NCBI GenBank assembly: GCA_024137785.1
Contig: JAHRHZ010000166.1
Location: 1,287,872 to 1,343,916, forward strand
Direction: 5' to 3'
Source: Ginglymostoma cirratum
Taxonomy: Eukaryota
Length of the DNA: 56,045 bases
The translations under genes were made by a program, and so were the position numbers. Under the pieces are notes generated by a model, which made no database searches, was not told where the DNA came from, and saw nothing but the letters and a program-made list of their open reading frames with translations. Below, in pieces: positions 36,765-48,500 of the stretch. Positions within the stretch are counted from its first letter, which is position 1. Every line of letters begins with the position of its first letter.

Positions 36765-37103
36765 CTATTATGAGCACTTGTGATCCATTTCCGAATACTA
36801 AGGAGTTAAGGTACGAATTCCAACAGGCACAGTAATATAGACCAGAATCATTCCTTTGGACATTGCTAATCACAAGCGTATAACGAGTTGATTTGTCGTT
36901 CACTTCTCCAGAAAATCTTCCAACTGGAGGGAAATGCTTGTTTACGGTGTAAACGCGTTGCACGCGTTCTCGCAGCTGCTGTTTATACCAGAAAACAGTA
37001 TGGTACACCAACGAACTCGTGTGACACTGCAACTTGACCGTGTTTCCAATGGAGACCGCCTGAAGTGCTGGCATCTGCAGGACTATTGTCTGAGGAACAG
37101 TAA
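36765..37103 (-). CDS. VJ-C1 receptor, germline-joined VJ-type V-set Ig domain exon
   Basis: Acceptor TGCTCTGTTTTCATAG, donor TAG|GTAAGA; 339 nt, phase 1-1; GNTVKLQC..VFWYKQ..RFSG..YTLVISNVQRNDSGLYYCACW..LVFGNGSQVLII has both Cys, the core Trp, DxGxYYC and the J motif FGxG. Confidence 0.93.
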
Positions 37104-37250
37104 CTATGAAAACAGAGCATGTCACAAGCAGTTCTGCTTTAGCTTCAAAAATTTGCCTGCTTAGCACAAGGTTAATAGTATAAGTGTGGAAAGTACCATG
37201 CTTTTCTGTCATGACCATCAATCCAAATAACGAATTAGATAAATGAGTAC

Positions 37251-37281
37251 AGGGAACAAACGAAAGAAAGAAAGAAAGAAT
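37251..37281 (-). CDS. Tentative second leader mini-exon ILSFFLSFVP
   Basis: Acceptor TTTCATTGTTTGCATAG; 31 nt, phase 0 to 1; completes a hydrophobic signal peptide. The donor CCT|GTACTC is weak. Confidence 0.4.
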
Positions 37282-37777
37282 CTATGCAAACAATGAAATT
37301 ATTTGTAACTACGGTCACATATTACAATCTTGGGAGAAAATGAATTTTGCACAGAGGAAGCTCTGGCAAATAGCAATTCCATAATGATCACCAACGCTGT
37401 TTTCATCACTTTGGTGGAAGAGTGAATGCTGACCCAGAACTGTAAGTTGATTCCTCAGCTAGTTTCCCAATACAATCCAAAATTGTGCAAAAAATGTTTA
37501 ATTTACAGACCTTTGATAATACAGTTCTTCACCATAAAAAAAACTGATATTATAGAATACAACCACGTAAGATTTCTCTTGACTAAATTTCCCATTTGTC
37601 CTTCTCTAGAACTAGGCCATAAATTAGAAGTAAGTAGATCTAACCTGGCAAAAGCTGGAACAGCATACAGAGAGGTAAGACATTCATTGCCTGTGGGTGA
37701 AGTTCACAGCGTGACATTTAGAATGGCTTATTTTGTTTGTGGAGCACAGTCTAGAGGCAATACAAAGTAAAACTCAC

Positions 37778-37801
37778 AGCTGTAGAAATTATCTTCAGCA
37801 T
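37778..37801 (-). CDS. Tentative first coding exon MLKIISTA
   Basis: ATG 33 nt downstream of a TATAAA box; strong donor GCT|GTGAGT, phase 0. Confidence 0.5.
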
Positions 37802-37833
37802 ATAAAAGTAGCTGAATGGAAAGTACAGAATCA

Positions 37834-37860
37834 TTTATATGGTCACTGTGGGTTTCCTGT
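37834..37860 (-). promoter_or_regulatory. Putative promoter: ETS core, RUNX-like site and TATA box
   Basis: Minus strand ACAGGAAACCCACAGTGACCATATAAA directly upstream of the tentative first exon. Confidence 0.45.
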
Positions 37861-38990
37861 TTACACGTTAAGCATCCCCATTTGCAAAGGTCATTCGTTC
37901 ACCATGCAGTTTGCAAAAAAAAAAGTATCTTTTATGCCTGTAACATCACCATCAATCAGCATCCTGCTTGTTTCGTTCCCTTTTGAGTCTGCCCCTATTC
38001 CTCATCAAGTGTCTTTCATTGGGTGGCACCTTTTTTTTGGAAGCAAGAGAGCATTGTAAATTTACCCTTCCATAAGTTTAAGCACAAAAATCAAAGGCAG
38101 TAGCAGTGTCTGTGTTACAGGAATACTGTACAACCTAAGGTAGCTTTTCAGATGAGATGTTAAACCTAGACACCTTTTGTCCTTTCAAGAGATCAGAAAT
38201 ATTACCTGGTCTGTCTTGGTCAAAAGGTCGATTTGAATTTCCCTCTCAGTCTTAAACAAAACATCTCTACTTGCATCATGACAAGTAAAAAGTCAATTTT
38301 TGGTGTATTATTTTTCTGCAAGACTGTTTTATAATAAATCATTGCCCTATGCACTGCATTAGGACCTAACAACATTTCAAATCTCATGACTTTGTCAGGA
38401 AGGTGGTTCGAGACATCCTTCCTGCAGTAATAGAGAATCAGCCTTAACTTTCAACGGTATTTCTCTTCTTACTGTTGTTAAGCATTCATACCAACATAAC
38501 AGATATCTCAGATTGATTGGTAATCTATAGTTAAATGCTCAAACTCGATTCCAGTTGAACTATTCTTGATAGTTGTGCATCCGATGCACCAGCAACTGCA
38601 AATGTGTATCCCTATATGTAAGGCCTAAAATGAATTGGTGGGGAAGAAAGATTATGCACATCAATCTGTGTAATGTTATTAACAATATTCTAGCAATTAT
38701 GTCTAATTATACATCAAACAAAGATATATTATACGTAGTTGTGGAATGTATTTACAATTAATGTATATTTGACTATTAGCGAATTAGGATGTGATAAATA
38801 ATACACAAGTGAATATATTTGCAATTAATTGTTTTATTTCGATTGATATCATCAATTGGGAGAATAAGTTTACAAGGCATTTTTTTGAATTGACATGATA
38901 GATATATGATTGATATGACACATTACAGCTGAGTGTTAAGAAGGACATGATATCTCATAACTAAAATGCCAAATCACAATTGATTGTGTG

Positions 38991-41785
38991 AGATAGTAGA
39001 AATGCTGATGCTGGAGTCTAAGATAACAAGGTGTGGAGCTGGATGAACACAGCAGACCAGGCAGCATCAGAGGAGCAGGAAAACTGATATTTCGGGTCTG
39101 AACCCTTCTTCAGAAATGGGGGAGGAGGAGAGGGCTCTGAAATAAATAGAGAAAGGGGAGGCTGTGATAGAAGATAAGAGATAACAAGGCATAGAGCTGG
39201 GTGAACACAGCAGGCCAAGCAGTAGCGGAGGAGCAGGAAGGCTGACGTTTCGGGCCTAGACCCTTCTTCAGAAATGGGGGAGGGGAAGGGGGTTCTGAAA
39301 TAAATAGGAAAAGAGGGGGAGGCGGATAGAAGATGGGTAGAAGAGACGCTAGGTGGAGAGGAGACAGACAGGTCAAAGATGCGGGGATGGAGCCAGTAAA
39401 GGTGAGTGTAGGTGGAGAGGTAGGGAGGAGATAGGTCAGTCCAGGGAGTACAGGCAGGTCAAGGGGGTGGGATGAGGTTAGTAGGTAGGAGATGGGGGTG
39501 GGGCTTGAGGTGGGAGGAGGGTATAGGTGGGAGGAAGGACAGGTTAGGGAGGCGGGGATGAGCTGGGTTGCTTTTGGGATGTGGTAGGGGGAGGGGAGAT
39601 TTTGAAGCTTGTGAAGTCCACATTCATATCATTGGGCTGCAGGGTTCCCAAGCAGAATATGATTTGCTGTTCCTGCAACCTTTGGGTAGCATCGTTATGG
39701 CACTGCAGGAGACCCAGGATGGACATGTCGTCTGCGGAATGGGAGGGGCAGTTGAAATGGTTCGCGACTGGAAGGTGCTGTTGTTTAGTGCAAACCGAGC
39801 GTAGGTGCTCTGTAAAGTGGTCCCCAAGCCGCCGCTTGGTTTCCCCGATGTAGAGGAGGCCACAACGGGAACAGCGGATGCAGTATGCCACTTTAGCAGA
39901 TGTGCAGGTGAACATCTGCTTGATGTGGAAAGTCTTCTCGGGGCCTGGGATGAGGGTGAGGGTGGAGGTGTAGGGGCAGGTGTAGCACTTCCTGCGGTTG
40001 CAGGGAAAAATGCCGGGTGTGGTGGGGCTGGAGGGGAGTGTGGAGCGGACAAGGGAGTCACGGAGAGAGTGGTCCCTCCGGAAAGCAGATAAGGGTGGGG
40101 AGGGAAAAATGTCTTTGGTGGTGGGGTCGGATTGCAGATGGCGGAAGTGTCAGAAGATGATATGTTGGATCCGGAGGTTGGTGGCGTGGTATGTGAGGAC
40201 GAGGGGGGTTCTGTTTTGGTTGTTATTTCTGGGAGGGGGTGAGAGGGATGAGTTGCGGGAAATGCGGGAGACATGGTTGAGGGCTTTCTCGACCACTGAG
40301 GGGGGGATGTTGGGGTCTGGAGAGAAGATGGACAGGTCAAGGATGAAGCCAGTAGAGGTGAGTGTAGATAGGAAGTGGGGTGGGGGTTGGTCAGTGAGGT
40401 GGAACGAGCGGATAGGTTGGAGAGAAGATGAGGATGGGGGTGGGGACATTTTGAAGCCTGTAAGGTCCACATTAAGACCATTGGGTTGTAGGGTTCCAAG
40501 ATGGAATATGAGGTGCTGTTCCTCCAGTTTTTGGGTGGCATCGTTGTGACTCTGGAGGAGGCCCAGGATGGACATGTTGTCCAGGGATTGGGAGGGGGAG
40601 TTGAAGTGGTCCGCAACTGGGAGGTGTTGTCATTTGTCGCTAACCAAGCATAGGTGCTCCTCAAAGCAGTCTCCGAGCCTCCACTTGGTCTCCCTGATGT
40701 AGAGGAGGCCACATTGGGAGCAGCGGCCACAATAGACCACATTAGCAGATGTGCAGGTGAACATCTGTTTAACGTGAAAGGTTTTGCCGGGGCCTGGGAT
40801 GGAGGTGAGAAGTCGTGGGGGGTTACAGAATTCCCTTTGTCCTCATGCATCACCCCATTAACCTCCAGTTTCAATGTATCATTCTCTGCCACTTCCGCCA
40901 CCTGCAATCTGACCCCACTACGAAGGATATATTCCCCTCCCCACCCTTATCTGCCTTCCAGAGGGACCGCTCTCTCCGTGACTCCCTCGTCTGCTCCACA
41001 CTCCGCACTAGTGCCACTACTCCAGGCACCTTTTCCGGCAACCACAGGAGGTGCTACGCCTACCCGTACACTTCTCTCATCACCTACATCCCAGTCCCCA
41101 AGCAAACCTTCCACATTAAGCAGATGTGCCTCTGCACATCCGCTAATGTGGTCTATTGTGTCTGTTGTTCCCAATGTGGCCTCCTCTACGTCGGGGAGAC
41201 TCAGCGGAGGCTCAGAGATTGCTTTGTGGAGTACCTACGCTCAGTTTGTGACAAACAACAACACCTCCCAGTTGCAACCCACTTCAACTCCCCCTCCAAC
41301 TCCCTGGACGACATGTCCATCCTAGGCCTCCTCCAGTGTCACAACGATGCCACCCGAAAACTGAAGGAACAGCACCTCATATTCCACCTTGGAACCCTAC
41401 AACCCAATGGTCTGAATGTGGACTTTACGAGCTTTAGAATGTCCCCACCACTGACCTCATCTCAAGACCAGACCCCTCTCGTCCCCGCCCCCTTGACCTG
41501 TCCATCCTCTATCTCACCTATCCGCTCCTCCACCTCACTGACCAACCCCTACCCCCACTTCCTACCTACATTCACCTCTATTAGTTTCACCCCGCCTCCT
41601 TGATGTGACCGTCTTCTCTCCACCTATCTGCTCCATTGTCCACCTTCTATCACCGCCTCCCTCCTCTCTACTTATTTCAGCGCCCTCTTCCCCTCCCCCA
41701 TTTCTGAAGAATGGTCTAGAAGGGTCTTTCCTGCTCCTTTGATGCTGCCTGGCCTGATGTGTTCATTGTAATTGTAAACCTTGTT
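38991..41785. mobile_element. Composite Penelope-like insertion (tandem minus copies and an inverted plus copy) with 15-bp TSD
   Basis: GIY-YIG ORFs 39544-39915 (-), 40150-40575 (-) and 40815-41603 (+) (NVVYC..CGLLYVGETQRRL); ACAATTGATTGTGTG at 38976-38990 and 41786-41800. Confidence 0.85.
39244..39271 (-). ncRNA. Minimal hammerhead ribozyme-like core
   Basis: Minus strand CTGAAGA-AGGGTCTAGGCCC-GAAAC-GTC. Confidence 0.6.
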
Positions 41786-42469
41786 ACAATTGATTGTGTG
41801 TTGGAATATAATTATTATGTGAAGAAAATGTCATTTATTTTATATCTTATGTTGAAAATATCAAAAAAAGGCTTCACTTAAGCTCAGCAAATAAAGCTCG
41901 GAGGAAGGGCCATACAGATATTGTTGAACAATGCATGAAAAAAATGGTAAGCACAGGCAAACTCCACAAACATACACTTCATTGGTCAATTCAATATTAA
42001 CAATAAATGGACATGATGCACATTTCTTTGTTCATGAGCACTCGGGTATTGACCTCATTGATGTGACAAATTCAAAATTAACCAGATAATTGGGTACATA
42101 GTTCAAGAATTCTTCAGTGAATGCTCAAGTGGATCATCCAAAGCAATAAAAGGGAAAGTTAGATTGAACGTATAACCTCACAGTACATTCTTAGATTGAG
42201 CCAAAACAAATGCTCAGGGAAATTGTATAGCAGCTATCCTGCTATAAATGTTAAAAATGAGTTATTTTAATAGACTCATAATAATACAATATGTTAATAA
42301 TCCTGCACCTTGCTAATGATCTGAAGGTGCATGTTTCATACACCACTGTGAGAACTGCTGGAAATGAAAACATAATGTACACTGTTTCTCTCTAAAATAA
42401 ACTTAAAGGCAAAAACAGAGCAGCACGGCTTATGAGAAGTTAGAAATTTCTTGAAAACAGTCCATACAA

Positions 42470-43740
42470 ACAGGGTCTCAGGTTATTGAAAGGTGACAAG
42501 CATGCAGGAGGTTGTTCACGTTCTGAAATGATTATTCTAAATGTAGAGGCTGAAAGTTTGTAAAGTACCTAGCTGGAAGATAATACGCTATTCCTTCAGT
42601 TCACTTTCATCCTATCTGGAGAACTGCAACAGTCCTAAGGCTGAAATGTTGGCATGGGAATATGGTGGTGTATTGAAGTAGTTGGCAACTGAAAGCTCTG
42701 GGTCATTTTTACAGAGAGAGCAAAGGTGTTCGCAAAACAATCACCCAATCTGTTTTTCTTCTACCCAGTGTAGAGGAGAAGGTATTGTGAGCAATGAATG
42801 ATGATTGATTGAAGTGGCGATAAATCACTGCTTCACTTGGAAAGTGTGCCTGGGGTTTTGAATCGTGTGAAGGGAGGAGGTAAGTGCACAAGTGTTGCAC
42901 TATTTGCAAATGCATATGAAAATGCTGTGGTGATGGCTTACGATTGGAGCAGGGTGTCCCAGAGAAAGCGTACCCTGTGAATACTGTTAAGTGACACAAG
43001 GGGGAAAAAGGTGGCTTCCTGCTGCAGGTGGCAGCTAATGATCCTTTAGATGTGGAAGCTGCTAGGGCAGAAACGAAGGACTGGGGGACCCTGTCATTGT
43101 GAGGTGTGTGAATGGAGTAAGGGCAGAAGCACAGGAAATAGGTTTAATATGGCTTGGGGCACTCAGCCATGGTGACAAGGAATCCTCTGTTGAGGAAAAT
43201 GATGAACATTTCTGAGACTCCTTTTCAGAAGGTAGCATCAACAGAACAGATGTGACATCTGGAGAAACTGGGACAATGTGATGCTTGTCCTTACAGGAAG
43301 CAGTATATGAGGATATATAGTCATGGTATCTCTGGGATTCAGTTGGTTTGTTACAGATATCAGTGGCTGCATTATCCCCACAATTGGAAACAAAAACAGG
43401 AAGTGAGGAGTCAGAGATGGAATAGGTGAAGCTGCGAGAAGGATAGAAATTGGAAGCAAAATTTATAATGTTTTTCCGATTCTGTGTGAGAGAGTGATGC
43501 AGTAGTGATAATGTCATCGATGTGCTGCCGGAAGAGTTACTGAGGATCCTGAGTAGGACTGAGGTCATGGAGTTTTCCAGGTAACACACAAAGAGACACT
43601 GATGTGGTCATGCAGATAATTCTATCCACACCTTTGTGCTGAATAAATGAGAGGAATTCAAGGTGAAGTCATTCAAATGAGCTCAGCCACTTGGAGAAGC
43701 GTGGTGATGGATGGGGACAGTTCTCTCCATGAAGAATCAG
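42470..43740 (-). mobile_element. Old degenerate Penelope-like element
   Basis: INFASNFYPS..FTYSISDSSLP..DICNKPTESQRYHDYISSY resembles the PLE RT C-terminal motifs. Confidence 0.7.
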
Positions 43741-44458
43741 AGAGCCCTCAGACTATCTTCCCACCACACTCTGGGTGAAAGAAAATCCTGAAACCTATAT
43801 CTCAGGCCTTTCACCTTAAAATTTTACACCATCACCTTGTTACTGACCTTACAACTAAGGAGAACAGCTGTTTCATATCTTGTCAATGACCCTTGTATTC
43901 TTATGCACCTCAATCAAGGCCCTTCTTTCCTTCTCCGCTTCAAAGAAAGCAACCCGAGCCTATTCAGCCTCTTTTCATACCTAAACTGCTCCAACCCAGG
44001 CAATGTCCTGATTAATCAACTCTGCACCCCCTCTAGTGCAATAAAATCCTCCCCATAGTAAGACGATCAGAGCTTCACACTATACTCTGGCTGTGGTCTA
44101 GCCAAAGTATTGTAAACCTCCAACATATCCTCACTGTTCTTATGCTTTAGGAAAGGTGATGTGCAGCTGCACTATTGCCTTCGCTTATGGACATGAACTG
44201 GAGTTGGCGCAAACTAAGAGCACATGCAGAGATGTGGTGGACAGTTTCAGAGAGTAGATTATGGAGAATAAGCATTTACAAAAAGGAATTATTGCAATTG
44301 TAAGGGAGGCAAATGAAATTTTATCACGGGTCTTGGAGTGTTTGGAACCAAGTGAATATTGTTGACCCCGAGATTGTTGATTGGTGTTGTTAACCTGGGC
44401 CAATCAGGAAGCCCTGGCCGACCAATATAGGCAGGGAATGCCAACTGTTTGTTTTGTG

Positions 44459-45090
44459 CACCATGTATGTGTTTGTTGTGGGGGCTTGCACCCCCTCTTC
44501 AGTTAACTGAAAGACCTCCTTTTGTGTTTTTGGCTGCACTTCAGCCCCACGCTCCTGATATTTAGGCACCCAGTGCAGAGGGGAGCAGGTAGGTCTGTGG
44601 GTCTCCTCGTGAGTCTGCTTCTGGGTCTGGCAAAGCTGACCATTATTAGGTCCAGGCAGTGGGCTGTTGAGGGCCTCATTATGACCAACTGCCTGCCCTT
44701 TATCCATGGCTATGTTTGTGCTCGAGTGTCCCTGGAGAAGGAGCATGCAGTATCCACCAATACTCTCAATACCTTTCAGGAGAGGTGGGCACCACGGGGT
44801 GTGGAGTACCTTATCTCCCCCTCCAATTCCATTTCGATTTAATCCCTACGCTCCCCCTCACTTTTTCTTTCATGTAGGCTTTGCCCCTAGGAGCTCTGCT
44901 TGATACTTATTCTTTGGTCACATGTTTTTTGTTTTATTTTTCCCGGGTGGTGGTATGTTGTTAAAGTTATTTGCAAGTCTGGTGTCTTTTTTACTGTGTC
45001 TCACAACTGCACATGCCCAACAAGTGTGCTGGGGAAAATAAGCACTACCGCTGTATGGCAGTAGTGTATGGGCTTTTAAGAAGAAAAATA
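44459..45090 (+). mobile_element. Tx1/L1-like LINE 3' fragment
   Basis: ORF 44522-44842 (LLVSLLLGLAKLTIIRSR..YVCARVSLEKEHA..FQERWAP) resembles the Tx1-type ORF2 C-terminus; A-rich end. Confidence 0.55.
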
Positions 45091-45291
45091 TATAACCAGA
45101 AGATTAGAACCTCCTCAGTTGAGGACTGACTACGAGTTGCTGGCCACTACCAATGTTTCCTGTTAAGGGAGAAGGAGAAGCTTCAGAAAAAAAAAGTATA
45201 AACAGGGAATGTAGGATCTCCTCAGTTCACGAGACTTATTCCGAGGTGGCTGGCTACAGCCAGTGCATCGTGCACAAATAAATAAAGAGTG

Positions 45292-45453
45292 AGTAGCTGG
45301 AAAAGCACAGCAGGAAAGGAGCAGGAAAGTCAACATTTCAGCCTGAAAGGTTGACTTCCCTGCTCCTCTGATGCTGTTTGACTTGCTGCTTTTTTCCAGC
45401 TTTACACCTATAGACTCTGGCTTTCAGCATCCACAGTCCTTTTTGTCTCCAAG
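45292..45453. mobile_element. Palindromic Penelope-terminus insertion with 13-bp TSD
   Basis: TAAATAAAGAGTG at 45279-45291 and 45454-45466; inverted AGCTGGAAAA...CAGCAG arms. Confidence 0.7.
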
Positions 45454-45505
45454 TAAATAAAGAGTGCCTTGGTAATGGGATACCTACCTCTGTACAGTTA
45501 TTTCA

Positions 45506-48500
45506 GTGGCAATGGGAGAAAGCAGTACGTGCCCGAAGAACATTCACTCACAACCGTCATCTTGGAGTTGTGGTATGCATTTCTGGCATCTTACCTTTAT
45601 TTGGGAAGCTTGACTCATTTGATCCTGCCATCGAAGTCTTGGCTGTGTGTGTGGAAAGAATGTAATTTTTTTCTGGGTTAATGACTTTGGTGCAGAAGGA
45701 AAGCAATAAGCACTCTTTCTGACCTGCAGCATTTTCAGTTATTAAGAGGTTTAATTTTTCCAGATGCACCAGACACTAAAACCATCCAACTGTTGACAGA
45801 GTTACTTAAGGAATAATAAAACCCCACACTTCGTCTAATTCTGAGATGCAATCAGTTTTATTAGTCTGCTAGAGAACCTGGGGAATTCATGTAGGGAATT
45901 TTGACGAATTTAGGACAACAGGCATATGATTTGGGGTTAACCCTGAATAAGATGTTGAGAGACTGTTTAGAATGTGGGATTAATAATGTAACCATGCAGA
46001 AGACCAACTGGACTAAAAACAGACATGAAAAATTGCTTTGACATTAAAACATGCGGCAAGTGGAACATGGGAACGACAGGGCATCCCAATGGAAGTGGAC
46101 AACTTTACCTCTCCAACTGAGCTTGGGGAATACCACCTCAATGTAGGCATACACAGAGCCTCATGCAGGGCATATCCTGAGCAGGAGGACCCTACGTTAG
46201 CCCACAGCAGAGCCCCACAACAAAACTGAGCCTCGGCCATGTGGCTAAAATGTTCTTCAGAATCTGGGCCGGCCCGCCATTGTAGTTGCTGCTGCTATGC
46301 AGACTTGAGACAGCAAAAGAGTCCTCCTACAAGACCTGACATGAGTAAGAAAACTCGTAGGCTGGTACCAAGGAGAGTGCACACCTTGGAAAGTCCCCCT
46401 ACATGTGGGTTGGAACAATTAAATTATTTAGTGACATCCAAATTGGAACAGATTAAAACTAATGCTTGCTTAAATGGTCACCCAGTTCCTACGGAGCTCA
46501 GTACCTGCGCAGCTGTGTCTATCATTACAGAACCTGACTTTCAGAAGATTCACTCGGGTCTCCCAACTTTAAACTTGCCAAAGACCTCAGCCTGACTGAG
46601 AACATACACTGAGGAACCACTGGAATTTAAGTGTAGGACTTTGGCTCCGGTCTGCTATGAGAAGCAGTTGGTGCGGTTAACACTGATAGTAGTTTGAGGC
46701 CTGGGCCCAAGCCTATTGGGGCAGAATTGGTTGAGAAAGATTCACCTAGACTGGCTTAACATTTTTTGATTAGAAAATGGCTGCTTCAGCGAATCCTTAT
46801 GAAATTCCCAGGAGTATTTCCGAAAAGGCTTGGGACTATCAAAGGGATCAAAGCTACTTTACACGTTGACCAGGAAGAAATTCTAGATTTTGCAAGGCCT
46901 TCCAGAACCATTTGCCTTGTTGGCAAAAGTAGAAGCAGAGATCAGAAGGTTAGAGAGTGAAGGAATCTCCAAACCAGTTCAGTTTTTGGAATGGGCAGCA
47001 CCAGTCTTACCTATTGTGAAGCCTGATAGCCCAATTTGCTTTTGTGGGGATTTCAAGCAAACAGTAAACCACTTCTCACAGCTGGAACAATACACAATCC
47101 CTCCCATACAGGACTTGTACACAAAGTCAGGTGGGGGGTGGGGGGGGAGCGTGGGGTGCTGTAATTTACGAAGCTGCACATGAACCATGCCTACTCGCAA
47201 TTGGGACTGGATGAGGAGTCCCAGAAGTACGCAACAATTAACATCTATAAAGGTTTGTACTAATATACAAGACTGCCAGTTAGAGCATTATTAGACTGCA
47301 CCCTTTTCCAGTGTACTATGTTCTACTATATAGAACATTTTACAGGCTACCCCAGTTGCCATTTATCTGGATAACGTGCTAATAACCGGGAAGACCAATA
47401 AAGAGTTCTTGGAGAATTTGAATATAGTGCTTAAACATTTCTCCCAGGCGGGATTAAGCCTTAGAAAGGAAAATTGTGTGGTCCAAGCACCCCACGTCAC
47501 CTACTTAGGTTATAGAGTAGGCAAGACTGGGTTACACTCATTGGAGGTTAAAGTGAGGGCTGTCAAAGGAGCACCGGCTCCCACGTCTGTACCAGAACTT
47601 AGGTCTTTCCTTGGGTTAGTGAATTATTATAGAAAATTCATACATAACCTGGCCTCCATCTTGGCGTCCTTACACCTGCTATTGATAAAAGATCACCCTT
47701 TGTAGTGGTCGCAAGGCCAAGCAGTAGCCTTTAGGGAAGTGAAAAAACAGCTATCATCATCTAAGTTGTTGACCAACTATGATCCGAAGCAAGAGGTAGT
47801 GCTGACATATGATGCCTCCCCGTACGGTATTAGGTTTGTGTTGGCTCACCTGTGGCCCAATGGAAAGGAATGCCTAATAACGTATGCTTCCCAAACTTTG
47901 GCTGACGCTGAACATAAATATGCGCGTATAGAGAAGGAAGGTTTGGCGCTTATCTTTGATGTGAGAAAGTTCCATCAGTATATTTTCGGTTGAGAATTTG
48001 TCAGAGTAACAGATCACAAACTCCTGTTAGGGCTACTGAAGGACAAAAATGCGGTGCCACCCATTGTTTCTGTTAGAATTCAATGGTGGGCCCTTATTCT
48101 CAATGCGTACAAGTACAAGCTAGAATACCATCCAGGAGGCCAAGTGACTAATGTGGATGCCCTGGGCCGCCTCCCACTGGCAGATACCCCACCAGTGGTG
48201 CTTCCCCTGGAACAGTCCATTCCATATTTAAACTTCCTGACACTCTTCTGGTCCCCGCTGACAATATCTGACTGTGGACACAAAACGATCCTGTCCTAGA
48301 GAAACTAAAACAGCTGTGGCAATGGGAGAGGAAGAAGATCCACCACAAACAGGACTGAAACCTTTATGGACCCAGCAAGAGCAGATCATCATACAGGATG
48401 GCATATTACTTTGGGAAGCAAGAGTGATTGTCCCACTTAAAGATTACCATCAGATACTGACTGGATTCCACTATAGTCATCCAGGGGTTTTCAAATGATG

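Larger units (their letters stand above)
44386..45505 (+). mobile_element. 5' LTR of a second Gypsy element, interrupted by a LINE 3' fragment and a hairpin insertion
   Basis: Starts TGTTAACCTGGGCCAATCAG, contains AATAAA, ends ...GTTATTTCA and is followed by a TGG PBS-like site and gag-pol remnants. Confidence 0.55.

Noticed and set aside
36828-36834. RSS heptamer-like CACAGTA inside the V exon
   Set aside because: It arises from the Tyr-Cys-Ala codons (TACTGTG); no nonamer at 12 or 23 nt spacing.
36375-37103. Conventional Ig light chain or rearranging TCR locus
   Set aside because: V and J are fused with no RSS. C1 ends in a phase-1 splice donor rather than Cys-stop, and the downstream TM lacks the TCR basic residue.
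37353-37406. Alternative leader MKTALVIIMELLFARASS
   Set aside because: Signal-peptide-like, but no good phase-1 donor follows it; kept only as a fallback.
37844-37850. Perfect heptamer CACAGTG upstream of the gene
   Set aside because: No ACAAAAACC-like nonamer at 12 or 23 nt on either strand, and it is not adjacent to a coding segment.
39624-40907. 427-aa minus-strand ORF (and the similar 50064-50831 ORF) as a host gene
   Set aside because: Pro/Ser/Thr-rich alternative frame running through Penelope-like copies.
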